DNA of 64,000 bases, taken from NCBI GenBank assembly GCA_963719515.1, contig CAVRCJ010000011.1, positions 384,001-448,000 of the forward strand. The letters run 5' to 3'. Of the stretch, positions 49,391 through 59,238 are shown one piece after another. Made by a program: the position numbers and the translations under genes. Every line of letters starts with the position of its first letter. Position 1 is the stretch's first letter. This DNA is from an uncultured cyanobacterium (GTDB lineage: Bacteria > Cyanobacteriota > Cyanobacteriia > CAKZMO01). Below the pieces are notes generated by a model. It was given only the letters and a program-made list of their open reading frames with translations, did not search any database and was not told where the DNA came from.

Positions 49391-50380
49391 ATGTCTGAGA
49401 CAGGATTGAGCTACACCGGGAGAGGGAAACCCATTATGTCAATAGGTCGGTGCCGGAAATTCACGGTACCTGTTACACCATCTGTTTTGACCGCCTCTAT
49501 TGTGACGGCAGGCCTGTCGGTGATTACAGCCCTGGGGGCCCCTGCCCTAGGACAGTCGGCGGCGGATCTCACTCCAGAGCCTGCCCCAGGGCAGCTAGTC
49601 CCAGAGCAGCTCATATTAGAGCAGCTGCCAGACCTACCGGCTCTAGAGCTCCAGCAGCCAGTGCTACCAGCCCTAGATCCCTTACCCTCAGAACAGCAGA
49701 CGCGCTCCCCCTTACGGATACCGCTGTCGGTCACCCCTGCGCCACTAGACCCTGCAGTTTCAGAACCAGCGGCACCAAATCTTGCAGCACCCGAACTAAC
49801 GTCACCCGAACCAACGTCACCCGAGCGATCGCCCCTCGCTCAGCCCGCCCCCCCTCAACCCACCCTCGACGCCGCCCGCTCTCTCCCGCCGTCAGCGCCC
49901 AGCACTGACGTAACGCCTCTCCCTCCCCGCTACCCCAGCGACGCCAGCTTTCTGTTGCCACCCCGCCCTATCTTCGCCGAGCCGCAGTCTACTGCAATGC
50001 GGCTAGTGCTGCGGCTGAGCGATCGCCGCGTCTACCTCTACCGGGGGGATGACGTGGAGGTCAGCTACCCGGTGGCTGTGGGCAAAGCGGGCTGGGAAAC
50101 CCCCGTCGGCTCATACGAAGTCATGGCGATGATCGAAGATCCCAGCTGGGAAAACCCCTTCACGGGAGCCGTCATTCCTGCAGGCCCCGACAACCCATTG
50201 GGGGACCGGTGGATTGGCTTTTGGACCGACGGCAGCAACTTTATTGGCTTCCACGGTACGCCCAACGAGGGCTCGGTTGGTCGCGCCGCCTCCCACGGCT
50301 GCGTGCGCATGTACAACCGCGATATCAATGAGCTATTTACCGTGGTCGCTATGGGCACCCCGGTCATTGTTGAACAATAA
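49391..50380 (+). CDS. L,D-transpeptidase (YkuD) with a Pro-rich N-terminus (start uncertain)
   Basis: YPVAVGK.GWETP.G and GFHGT...ASHGCVRM catalytic motif. Confidence 0.92.
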   Translation: MSETGLSYTGRGKPIMSIGRCRKFTVPVTPSVLTASIVTAGLSVITALGAPALGQSAADLTPEPAPGQLVPEQLILEQLPDLPALELQQPVLPALDPLPSEQQTRSPLRIPLSVTPAPLDPAVSEPAAPNLAAPELTSPEPTSPERSPLAQPAPPQPTLDAARSLPPSAPSTDVTPLPPRYPSDASFLLPPRPIFAEPQSTAMRLVLRLSDRRVYLYRGDDVEVSYPVAVGKAGWETPVGSYEVMAMIEDPSWENPFTGAVIPAGPDNPLGDRWIGFWTDGSNFIGFHGTPNEGSVGRAASHGCVRMYNRDINELFTVVAMGTPVIVEQ

Positions 50381-50445
50381 TTTGCGTATGGCAGGGTCAA
50401 GCGGCCGTTTGACCCTACCGTGACCAACCTCCCAACTACCAAACC

Positions 50446-51813
50446 ATGCCGTATCGGTTTCCGGAAAACTTCTGCTGGGGCACCGCCACCTCCGCCTATC
50501 AAATTGAGGGAGCGATCGCAGCTGATGGCCGCGCGCCCAGCGTTTGGGATACCTTCAGCGCCACCCCAAACCGGGTACTGGGCGGGGATACCGGGGCGAT
50601 CGCCTGCGACCACTACCACCGCTACCCTGAAGACGTTGCGCTAATGGCGGAACTTGGGGTGCGCCACTACCGCTTCAGCCTCTCTTGGAGCCGCATTTTG
50701 CCGGGGGGACGCGGGGCCGTCAACGAAGCTGGGCTCGATTTCTACCGCCGCCTGGTCGATACTCTCTTGGACCACGGCATCACCCCCCACGCCACCCTCT
50801 TCCACTGGGATAGCCCCCAGGCCCTAGAAGATGAATACGGCTCTTGGCAAAGCCGCCAAATGGCTCAGGACTTTGCCGACTACGCTACGGCGGTGGTGAG
50901 CCGCCTGGGCGATCGCATCACCCACTGGATGACGATCAACGAAATCTCCTGCTTCACCCACATGAGCTACGGTACGGGTGACCTGCCGGTCCATGCTCCT
51001 GGCACGGTGGTCAAGCGAGAAAAAGACATCTGGCAGACCTCTCATCACGCTCTGCTAGCCCACGGCTTGGGCACTCAGGCCATCCGCGCGGCCTCTCCCC
51101 AGCCCTGCTCTGTGGCTTTAGTAGATAACTTCGCCGTACCCGTGCCCCTCACCGAGACCGAGGCTGACATCGCGGCGGCGCAACAGGCTTTCCCCCTGCA
51201 GTGGGCCAATGGCGGCATTATTGTCCCTGCTCTGACGGGGCGCTACAGCCCGGAACTGCTAGAGCAGCTCGGCAAAGAGGCCCCCGATATGCAGCCGGGA
51301 GACCTAGAGACTATCCATCAGCCCCTCGACGCCTTGGGCATTAACGTTTACTCCGGCGTCTACGTCCGCGCCATGGGCGATGGCTATCAGGTGCTGCCTT
51401 TTCCGAAAGGCTACCCCCGACTACACATGCCCTGGCTACAGCTGATGCCCGACGTGCTCTACTGGGCCGTGCGCCACGTGAGCGACACACTAGGTCAGCC
51501 TGACCTACCGCTGCTGATTACCGAAAACGGCTGCGCCGCCCAAGACGAGGTGAGCGAGACCGGGACCGAAGTACTCGACAGCGATCGCATTCTTTACCTG
51601 CGCTGCGCCCTCAGAGCCGCCCATCGCGCTATCGACGAGGGCTATCCGCTACAGGGCTACTTTGCCTGGAGTCTGCTGGACAACTTTGAATGGGCCTACG
51701 GTTACGACCGCCGCTTTGGCCTCGTCTACGTAGACTACGCTACCCAGCAGCGACTGCCGAAGGCTAGCTACCACTGGTACCGCACTTGCATCAGCCAAGG
51801 GCGAGTGGTTTAG
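50446..51813 (+). CDS. GH1 beta-glucosidase
   Basis: WGTATSAYQIEGA, TINE acid/base, ITENG nucleophile and DNFEW motifs. Confidence 0.96.
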   Translation: MPYRFPENFCWGTATSAYQIEGAIAADGRAPSVWDTFSATPNRVLGGDTGAIACDHYHRYPEDVALMAELGVRHYRFSLSWSRILPGGRGAVNEAGLDFYRRLVDTLLDHGITPHATLFHWDSPQALEDEYGSWQSRQMAQDFADYATAVVSRLGDRITHWMTINEISCFTHMSYGTGDLPVHAPGTVVKREKDIWQTSHHALLAHGLGTQAIRAASPQPCSVALVDNFAVPVPLTETEADIAAAQQAFPLQWANGGIIVPALTGRYSPELLEQLGKEAPDMQPGDLETIHQPLDALGINVYSGVYVRAMGDGYQVLPFPKGYPRLHMPWLQLMPDVLYWAVRHVSDTLGQPDLPLLITENGCAAQDEVSETGTEVLDSDRILYLRCALRAAHRAIDEGYPLQGYFAWSLLDNFEWAYGYDRRFGLVYVDYATQQRLPKASYHWYRTCISQGRVV

Positions 51814-51858
51814 GTCTGCTAGCATGGCCAGAAGCTTAGCTAAGAGATTGCGTGAGGC

Positions 51859-52633
51859 ATGCCTGTGGTTGTTGAAGGACTCGTTGCCAGCTTGCTCGCG
51901 GGGCTAGGAACTGGACTGGGGGCGCTGCCGGTTCTATTTATCAAAACGATTAGCGATCGCCTCCAGGGCATGATGCTGGGATTCGGCGGCGTCATGCTGG
52001 CAGCGACCACCTTTTCCCTCCTGCTGCCGGGGCAAGAAGCTGCCGTAAAGCAGGGATACAGCGAAACGGGCGCGGCCCTGGCAATGGCGTTGGGGCTGCT
52101 GGCGGGCGGCGTCTTTCTGTGGGTGGCCCACAACAACTTTCCCCACGAGCATGTGTTCAAGGGCAAAGAGGGCCCCGTTCGAGAAAATTTAACCCGCATC
52201 TGGCTATTTATTATTGCCATCACTATCCACAACTTTCCCGAAGGTTTAGCGGTCGGGGTAGGGTTTGGCGGCGACAGTATCTCCAACGCCCAGGCGCTAG
52301 CGGTTGGCATTGGCCTGCAAAACATTCCAGAAGGTCTAGTAGTAGCGCTAGCTCTGCGCGCCCCTAGATTACTCCGTAGCCTACGCCGTGGGAGTGTCGC
52401 TGCTGACGGGGCTAGTGGAGCCGGTAGGGGGGCTTGTGGGGGTGGGGGTGGTGAGCCTGGGGCAGACCCTGCTGCCCTGGGGCATGGCGTTTGCTGCGGG
52501 GGCCATGCTGTTTGTCATCAGCGATGAAATCATTCCTGAAACCCAGGATAAAGGCGTGGCCCAGGAGGGCACCTTTGGCATTATGACTGGGTTTGCGGTG
52601 ATGATGGTGCTCGACATCGCTTTGGGCGGCTAG
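51859..52633 (+). pseudogene. ZIP (GufA/ZupT-like) metal transporter with a +1 frameshift at ~52361-52364
   Basis: HNFPEGLAVG and QNIPEG motifs; removing one C from GCCCCTAG restores LRALDYSVAYAVGVSLLTGLVEP...AAGAMLFVISDEIIPE. Confidence 0.85.
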
Positions 52634-52911
52634 CCCCGAAGCGTGGGGTAGGCCAGAGCGGACGGTAAGACAGCACACAGGTCCAGCGCAGACATGTTAT
52701 GCTGAAGCTGACTCGGACCCATGCGGTTACAACGCCCAAATCTTGTCAGGACCGGAAGGTAGCAGCAATACGGGATGCTTGAAACAGGCGTGGTCTCCGG
52801 GTCTCTTGCGTATGAGCTGCCACCCACCACGGCAGACGCGGCATTTATCGATAGAGTTTTATTGATATAGCGCGTATTGATAGCGCTCAGTGCGTTAGCT
52901 AAGGAGTCACT

Positions 52912-53289
52912 ATGCCTGGTCTTGGAGATTTAGTACAGCGAGCGTTTTATTTAGGGGTTGGTGTCGCATCCTACGCGGGTGAGAAGGCCGGAAAAACGAT
53001 AGCAGAGCTGCGCGTTCAGGCTCAGAAGATTGCTGATGAGATGGTTGAGCGGGGCGAGATTACGGCGGATGACGCCAGACGTTTGGTGGATGAAATGGTG
53101 CGGCGAGCCCAGGTCGGCGACGGTCAGCGCCCCGATTCTGCTAACGTAACGGTAGTAGATGTTGACGCTCAGGAAGCCCAGACCCCGCGCCCGATTGAAA
53201 TTACGGACGATGAGGACGATGTGGGTGATTTGCGTCAGCAAGTCGACAAACTCCAAGATGAGCTGCGACGCTTGAAGCGTGAACCGTAA
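52912..53289 (+). CDS. Phasin-like coiled-coil protein
   Basis: LVQRAFYLGVG.A...DEMVERGE pattern; AAGGAG RBS. Confidence 0.75.
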   Translation: MPGLGDLVQRAFYLGVGVASYAGEKAGKTIAELRVQAQKIADEMVERGEITADDARRLVDEMVRRAQVGDGQRPDSANVTVVDVDAQEAQTPRPIEITDDEDDVGDLRQQVDKLQDELRRLKREP

Positions 53290-53323
53290 GCTCATCACTA
53301 CGCTATACCCTCCAAACTGCTTT

Positions 53324-53761
53324 ATGGATGATTGGTTTGAAGAGCTAAACCGCGCCGTTGACACGATGCGGCAAGATTTAGAAACCTTGTTTCAAGAGGC
53401 CACAGACGCCGCTATCGAGTTCACCGACTCGATGATTCAGATTTCTGAGGAGGTGGGAGAGCAGGTGCAGACTACGCTGCTCACTGAGGCGGAGCAGGTC
53501 GTCGGAATCCTCGTCGAGCAAGTGGACGAATGGTTGACGCCGGGGTACTTCTCCCTCGACATTGACCTGTATTGGGACCCAGACCTTAGCGAGCCTTGGG
53601 TTGAGCGCGTCACCCCCAGCGATAGTCAGCATCCGGCCTGCGTAGGCTGCAAGCACTACCACGGACGCGTCTACAGCGGCAATTTGCTGGTGTGCGGCAT
53701 GCATCCCTACGGCTCGGAGAGCGAGGAATGCCCCGATTGGGAACGCAAGGTGCTGGGCTAA
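53324..53761 (+). CDS. Conserved hypothetical protein with a C-terminal Cys/His cluster
   Basis: ACVGCKHYHGRVYSGNLLVCGMHPYG...CPDW. Confidence 0.75.
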   Translation: MDDWFEELNRAVDTMRQDLETLFQEATDAAIEFTDSMIQISEEVGEQVQTTLLTEAEQVVGILVEQVDEWLTPGYFSLDIDLYWDPDLSEPWVERVTPSDSQHPACVGCKHYHGRVYSGNLLVCGMHPYGSESEECPDWERKVLG

Positions 53762-53817
53762 AACAAGACGTTCATAATTTGGCGTAGGGGCATGCAGCTG
53801 TGTGCCCCTACAGCGCG

Positions 53818-55467
53818 TCATTCTAGGCACCGCACAGAGTCAGCAATCATCGCCGTCACAAACGTCTTGTAGCCCACCGTCTCAAACAAAACCACCACCT
53901 TGTCCGCCTCGTAGCGCAGCACCTGACCCTTGCCAAAATTCGTGTGAATGATGGTGCTAGACAAAGGAAACGGCTGGGCGTATTTAACTTTAGGCTTGCC
54001 CCCATTGCGATCGCAGTTGTCGCAGTTTCCGCAGGGGGCCTCAAATGCCTCGCCGAAGTAGCTGAGAATATACTCCCGGCGGCAGCTCTCGGTCTCGGCG
54101 TAGCCCCGGATCATCTGCAGCCGCGATCGCTCAAAGGTACGGCGACGCTCTTGCGCCGTCATTACCTGGTCGATGGCTTGCTCCAGCTCTTCATCGTCAT
54201 CCTCGGCAATCACCTCACCGGCCACAATATCCCCGTCGGCCTCCTGGTCAACAACCCCAAAGGCTTCTAGGTGGTCTAGCGCGGTGGCGAGCTTGGCCTG
54301 GGAAAGGTCGATTGTCTCGCGCAGCCCCTCTACCGTCAGCGGCTTACCGCTTTCCCGCACCTGCTCAGCGATCGCATCCAATGCCTCTTCATCGACGCTG
54401 CCGCCCCCAGCGAAAAAGCGCTGTAGCTTTAGGTCGTCGGGGTGGTAGAACAGCTTGGCCTTAGCGGGCTCCCCGTCCCGTCCGGCCCGGCCAATCTCCT
54501 GATAGTAGGCGTCGATGGAGCCGGGAATATCGTGGTGAAAAACAAAGCGCACGTTGGGCTTGTCGATGCCCATGCCAAAGGCAGTGGTAGCCACGATGAC
54601 GTCCAGCTCGTCGGCCATAAACTCCGACTGCACCCTCTCGCGATCGCTGCTGTTCATGCCCGCGTGGTAGGCCGCCGCCTTTAGCCCTTCCTCCTGCAGC
54701 AGCTCGGCGATCGCTTCGGTGGCCTTGCGGGTGGCCACGTAGACGATGCCCGGCGGGTCGGCTTGGGTCACCGCCTCGACGAGGGTAGGCCGCTTCTCCG
54801 CTTCGGCGTAAAACCGTTGAGCATCTAGGTGAATGTTGGGGCGGTCAAAGCCGCGAATGACCTCCACGGGGTCCCGCAGCCGCAGCCGCTTCCCAATTTC
54901 CTGACGCACCAAAGGGGAAGCGGTAGCCGTCAGCGCCAGCACCGTCGGGCGGCCCAGCGCTTCAACCACGGTGTCGAGCTGCAGGTAGTCCGCGCGAAAG
55001 TCGTGGCCCCACTCGCTGATGCAGTGGGCCTCATCCACCACAAACAGGGAGGGCTTGATCGTCGTCAGCCGCTCTAACGTCTCTGGGTTGCCAAACTGCT
55101 CCGGAGCCAAAAATACAAACTCCAGCTCACCTTCCGCGAGCTGCCTAAACACCTGCTCCCGCTCGCCCTTGTTCAGCGTTGAGTTGAGCACGGCAGCCTT
55201 CACCATTCCCAGCTCGGCGATCGCCCTCACCTGGTCCTGCTGCAGGGCAATGAGGGGCGAAATCACCAGGGTTGGCCCGGGCAGCCGCAAGGCCGCAATT
55301 TGATAGATGGCAGACTTGCCCGAGCCGGTGGGCATGATGCCCAGAGTATCTTGCTGGGCTAAGACGGCCTCCAGCACCTCTCGCTGTCCCGGCCTGAGAC
55401 CGTCAAAGCCAAATACCCGCTGAGCGATTTGCTCGGCGACCTGGAGCACTGCGTCAGAATTGGTCAT
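53818..55467 (-). CDS. recQ: RecQ family ATP-dependent DNA helicase
   Basis: MPTGSGKS, VDEAHCISEWGHDFR, TATA, AFGMGIDK, QEIGRAGRDG and Zn-binding CRR...CGNCDNC. Confidence 0.93.
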   Translation of the reverse strand: MTNSDAVLQVAEQIAQRVFGFDGLRPGQREVLEAVLAQQDTLGIMPTGSGKSAIYQIAALRLPGPTLVISPLIALQQDQVRAIAELGMVKAAVLNSTLNKGEREQVFRQLAEGELEFVFLAPEQFGNPETLERLTTIKPSLFVVDEAHCISEWGHDFRADYLQLDTVVEALGRPTVLALTATASPLVRQEIGKRLRLRDPVEVIRGFDRPNIHLDAQRFYAEAEKRPTLVEAVTQADPPGIVYVATRKATEAIAELLQEEGLKAAAYHAGMNSSDRERVQSEFMADELDVIVATTAFGMGIDKPNVRFVFHHDIPGSIDAYYQEIGRAGRDGEPAKAKLFYHPDDLKLQRFFAGGGSVDEEALDAIAEQVRESGKPLTVEGLRETIDLSQAKLATALDHLEAFGVVDQEADGDIVAGEVIAEDDDEELEQAIDQVMTAQERRRTFERSRLQMIRGYAETESCRREYILSYFGEAFEAPCGNCDNCDRNGGKPKVKYAQPFPLSSTIIHTNFGKGQVLRYEADKVVVLFETVGYKTFVTAMIADSVRCLE

Positions 55468-55679
55468 GTAGGGTTCGAAATAATAATATTCTTTGTTGTC
55501 TGGCCCAGACTCAGCGGCGACTCTTGGCCGAAGGAAATTCCGCGTCTAGGGTTTACGGCGTTGGCGAATAAAGGTGCGAATTCGCAGCGTTGAACGTAGC
55601 TCAATATTCAGGCGGTAGGGACATGACAGCGTCATGTCCTCACGAAAGGCATAGCCAGCACAACGCCGGTTTTGTGTCG

Positions 55680-55961
55680 CTAGAGGGACCAGTTCAGCTT
55701 CGAGACCAGCATTGCTGCCAGCACGATCAGCCCTAGCGATCGCCGAAAGTAGTTGACGCCCTGAAACAGCTCTAGCCACGCCCAGGTAAACAGCGCCCCG
55801 AACGATAGGGCGTCTAGAAAAGTCTCGACGTTGCCGCCTGTGGGCAGTAGGTTAATGCCTGCGGCGGCGAGCCACACCAGCAGCGGTAGGCTGGGCGGCT
55901 GGGCAATGACAATGCTACCGGTGTCGTCTCGGAAGATGCGGTCAAACAGCGTCGTTTCCAT
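55680..55961 (-). CDS. Small membrane protein
   Basis: FRD..G.IVIAQPP.LPL...WAWLELFQGVNYFRR.LG; three hydrophobic segments. Confidence 0.75.
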   Translation of the reverse strand: METTLFDRIFRDDTGSIVIAQPPSLPLLVWLAAAGINLLPTGGNVETFLDALSFGALFTWAWLELFQGVNYFRRSLGLIVLAAMLVSKLNWSL

Positions 55962-56032
55962 GGAGCAAATCGTATGACTACACTTAGCATTAGAGCGATG
56001 CACTGTGGCTCTAGTCTTCCCCTCAAAGGCAG

Positions 56033-56441
56033 GCTTGATACCACTGGCGAATTTTATGTCTTGTTGCATCTCGGCTATTTCCTGCTCCGAAGAAGGCCCC
56101 CTTTTCTGGTATGCCCGAAGGGCTTTAAGCCTCCAATTGAGAGGACTTCAGAGAAGTCAGAACTCCTTGAAGTCAATAGCGACAAATAGTATGGCCACTC
56201 GGGTTCCCCCAGAATTGATACCGCTGGCGAATTTTATGTCTTGTTACATCTCGGCTATTTCCTGCCCCGGAGAAGCCCCCTAAATCCCCCAATTCTGGGG
56301 GACTTCAGAGAAGTCAGAACTCCTCAAAGTCAATAGCGGTCAATGGTATAGACGCTGCTTGGGTTCCCCCAGGATTGGGGGCGGAGGGGGCCTCCAGAGC
56401 GTGCAACTCAATTACAAAATATTTCGCCAGCGGTATCAAGC
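56033..56441. mobile_element. MITE-like element with terminal inverted repeats and a duplicated ~180-bp left part
   Basis: GCTTGATACCACTGGCGAA (56033-56051) and TTGATACCGCTGGCGAA (56215-56231) are inverted relative to TTCGCCAGCGGTATCAAGC (56423-56441). Internal CCCCCAATTCTGGGGG-type palindromes. Confidence 0.7.
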
Positions 56442-56590
56442 TTGGCGACAGGGCGCACAGAGAGTTAACCCTTTGGGCCTCGTGCTCGTGCCGTACCAAG
56501 GGCTCAGGCGATCGCCTGCTAGGACTGCGACAAAGACAGCGATCGCCAGTAATCTCATCAGGACAGTGGCGATCGCTGCTTGGATGGCGC

Positions 56591-56869
56591 TTACTGCAGG
56601 CCGCGCAGGCGCATCAGGTAGGCCAAGACCTGCCCTTCTCGGCGGCTGAGCCGCACACCGTCGGGGCCGATGGGCACGGGGCCGGTCCACAGGCTTTGCT
56701 CTACGAGGTAGCGGTTAATGTGCATCAGGTGAATGGTTTCCCGGATGCCTTCTGGGGTGCCAATGAGGATGTGACGCACCACTTCGCCGTCGGGCTGATG
56801 CGGGGGATCGCTCAGGCGAAGCTGTGCCGCCTCAGGGCTGAGGGGCTGCTCGGGGATTAGAAATGTCAT
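56591..56869 (-). CDS. Small hypothetical protein (RHILIG.PEG...TIH.MH family)
   Basis: ATG with an AGAAAGGAA RBS; 92 aa; preceded by a sigma70-like promoter and a structured leader. Confidence 0.75.
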   Translation of the reverse strand: MTFLIPEQPLSPEAAQLRLSDPPHQPDGEVVRHILIGTPEGIRETIHLMHINRYLVEQSLWTGPVPIGPDGVRLSRREGQVLAYLMRLRGLQ

Positions 56870-57090
56870 GGGTTGGGTTCCTTTCTGGTGTAGATGGGTA
56901 GGAAACCCAAGTTTGGCCACCCCTCACAAGGTTGAACCAGTTCGGAGTGGCCGTGGGAAAATAACCACAGCTTTCGAACAGGTCTGCTCTGTTTCGGAGG
57001 TCAGGCGGCGGCTGTCAATGCCACTGGCAGTCGCTGCCGTTATGACCAAAGCTTGGGAGTCGAACTGCGGGATGCAGCTCTCAAGACGAA

Positions 57091-57119
57091 ATTCTAGGGC
57101 ATTTGGGGATGGGTGGCAA
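57091..57119 (-). promoter_or_regulatory. Sigma70-like promoter for the 56591-56869 gene
   Basis: Minus strand TTGCCA-N17-TAGAAT. Confidence 0.6.
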
Positions 57120-57202
57120 GAGCCAGTGCTGCGATCGCAAAGGCTCAATCGCCCCAGCGGCTAAAATAGACCCAACCCGTCTCAAGCGATCGCCGTGACG
57201 CC

Positions 57203-57865
57203 ATGATCATTTCTACCCAGGTCAGCGAGCTAGAGCTAGACACCACTAGCGGGCAGCTCACCCAAACCGTCACCCTTGCGGGCATTAGCTGGCCGACCTA
57301 CCAGGCTATGCTCACCGACATGGGAGAGCACCGCGCTACCCGCATCGCCTACAACCAGGGAACGCTGACCCTCAAAATGCCATCCAAGCTCCATGAGATT
57401 ATCAATCGCCTGCTGGCGCGCATTGTTAAAACCTTGACTGAGGAGCTGGGCTTAGAGGTGGTGGATGTGGGGTCTATGACGCTGGAGCGCGAAGATTTGC
57501 GCAAAGGTGCGGAGCCCGACACTGGGTTCTATATCCAAAATGCGTCTCAGTTGGACGGGCTCGACCCGCAGATCCCGGCGGGGCTGCCACCGGATCTGGT
57601 GATTGAGGTGGATATTACGAGCCCGTCTACTCAGCGCATGGCGATTTATGAGGCGTTGGGGGTGCCGGAGGTTTGGCGCTACACCAAGCGGCAAGGGCTG
57701 GTGTTCTATCGGCTGGATGGCAATGCGTACGTGGAGGCTGAGGTAAGCGTGGCGTTTGGGCAGGTTTCTTCGGTGCAGCTGAATGCGTTCTTGGCGGCGC
57801 GGCAGCACAAAGGGGAGAATCAGGTGATTCGTGCGGTGCGCGATTGGGTTCGCGGGTTGGAGTAG
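57203..57865 (+). CDS. Uma2 family (PD-(D/E)XK) endonuclease
   Basis: ISW..Y, HE, EPD..FY, PDLVIEVDITS and IY..LGVPEVW motifs. Confidence 0.93.
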   Translation: MIISTQVSELELDTTSGQLTQTVTLAGISWPTYQAMLTDMGEHRATRIAYNQGTLTLKMPSKLHEIINRLLARIVKTLTEELGLEVVDVGSMTLEREDLRKGAEPDTGFYIQNASQLDGLDPQIPAGLPPDLVIEVDITSPSTQRMAIYEALGVPEVWRYTKRQGLVFYRLDGNAYVEAEVSVAFGQVSSVQLNAFLAARQHKGENQVIRAVRDWVRGLE

Positions 57866-57980
57866 GCGGCGTCTTGTCTTTTGAGATTTGGGATTTGGGC
57901 GATCGCTGCTGCTGTAGATGATGGGTATCATCTGAGAATAGCGGCCAGGTTGAAGCAGCTTTATTAAGAGAGGATGACTT

Positions 57981-58244
57981 ATGACTCAAGTGACTATCGA
58001 GCTGCCAGACCAGGTGGCGAGAGACTTAGAAGCTTATCTCCAGGCTAATTCGCAGGAGAGCTTGGCTGAGCTAATCCATGAGGTTCTGCAGGTTAAGCTA
58101 CCGTCTACTCTGCCCTCTAAGGCGATGCAGGGAAACGATTCTTCCTTGGTTGATTTCTTCCGTAACTCTCCGCTCCAAGCTGTGGCTGGGGAGATTGACC
58201 TGAACCGCGATGATCGCGCTGCTGACGAACGTATTACTCTATGA
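57981..58244 (+). CDS. Putative antitoxin (VapB-like)
   Basis: Small RHH-like ORF ending SLVDFFRNSPL...IDL.RD; ATGA overlap with the PIN toxin. Confidence 0.8.
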   Translation: MTQVTIELPDQVARDLEAYLQANSQESLAELIHEVLQVKLPSTLPSKAMQGNDSSLVDFFRNSPLQAVAGEIDLNRDDRAADERITL

Positions 58245-58663
58245 GGTATTTGCTCGATACCTGTATCATTTCGGAGCTTGTTGCAAAGCAGCCTAACCCC
58301 AAAGTCTTGAGCTGGGTTACAGACCAGCCTGACGAGAACTTGTACTTATCTGTCATTACGATTGGAGAGATTAAGAAGGGAGTTTGCAAGCTGCCAGATT
58401 CTAAACGTAAATCCGCGCTGTCTGCTTGGCTAAGGCAAGACCTCCTAGTTCGCTTTGCAGGCAGAGTTCAAGCCGTCGATATTGAAACTATGCTGTATTG
58501 GGGAGAGCTGCTAGGCCGTTTAGAGACCCAGGGTAGAGCACTGCCGCTTTTAGATTCTTTGATCGCGGCGATCGCGCTTCGAGGTTCTTTTCAGCTTGTA
58601 ACACGTAATGAGAAGGACTTTGATAGAATAGGTGTCTCTATAGTGAATCCATTTGTAGGGTAG
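58241..58663 (+). CDS. vapC: PIN-domain toxin VapC
   Basis: YLLDTCIISE, ITIGEI, D.LIAAIA and LVTRNEKDF...NPF motifs. Confidence 0.93.
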   Translation: MRYLLDTCIISELVAKQPNPKVLSWVTDQPDENLYLSVITIGEIKKGVCKLPDSKRKSALSAWLRQDLLVRFAGRVQAVDIETMLYWGELLGRLETQGRALPLLDSLIAAIALRGSFQLVTRNEKDFDRIGVSIVNPFVG

Positions 58664-58940
58664 TGGTGAGACTCCTGTAGCACTTGTAAGCGATCGCTCA
58701 CACCTGTCAGTAAGCTCAAGACAAAGCATCTCAAAATGAGCCTACCTTGCCTCATAGGCTACTGGAGTAAATTCGGACTATTTTTCTTAACTGTCACACG
58801 GCTGAAATACTGATTCTGTCGTGGAACTGATGAGACTGACCTATAGGTAGGCAATTGAACTCTAGTCACTGTTTAATCGACATTTTGGTAAGTATCTCAG
58901 TTATAGAGTGGTTGTAGCTCTGGGGCAATTACTCTGAGTG

Positions 58941-59027
58941 ATTTAACGATCCCAATCAGCGGCAGCAGGCAACCTCGAACTCCACTGATGTTAAGTTCGA
59001 CCGTCCGCTGCATTGGGGTTGTTATGC
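58941..59027 (-). mobile_element. Integron attC recombination site 1
   Basis: Minus strand: R'' GCATAAC-AACCCCAATG(C)AGCGG(A)CGG...CCGCTGATTGGGATC-GTTAAAT R'; imperfect palindrome with two unpaired bases in the R''-proximal arm. Confidence 0.88.
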
Positions 59028-59238
59028 CGCAATGTTGAAGATAAATAAAAGAATAGCGTAACCTGTTGCATAATTAGTAAGTATGTACTAAAGTACGATT
59101 TATACACTCTGTGCAGTGTTTCAGAGGTGCAGCAGATAAACCTAAGAACTTTCCCAACAGAGTCAATCTTTCCTGATCTTTAAGGACATCGAGAGAAGAT
59201 CTAAGTGATTATATTTCAGATCACTTAGGTATTTTCCC

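Noticed and set aside
57981..58940. vapBC as a third integron cassette
   Set aside because: I found no further attC or matching ATTTAAC R'' (plus-strand GTTAAAT) to its left, and a HIP1 site separates it from the array. It is adjacent but not demonstrably a cassette.
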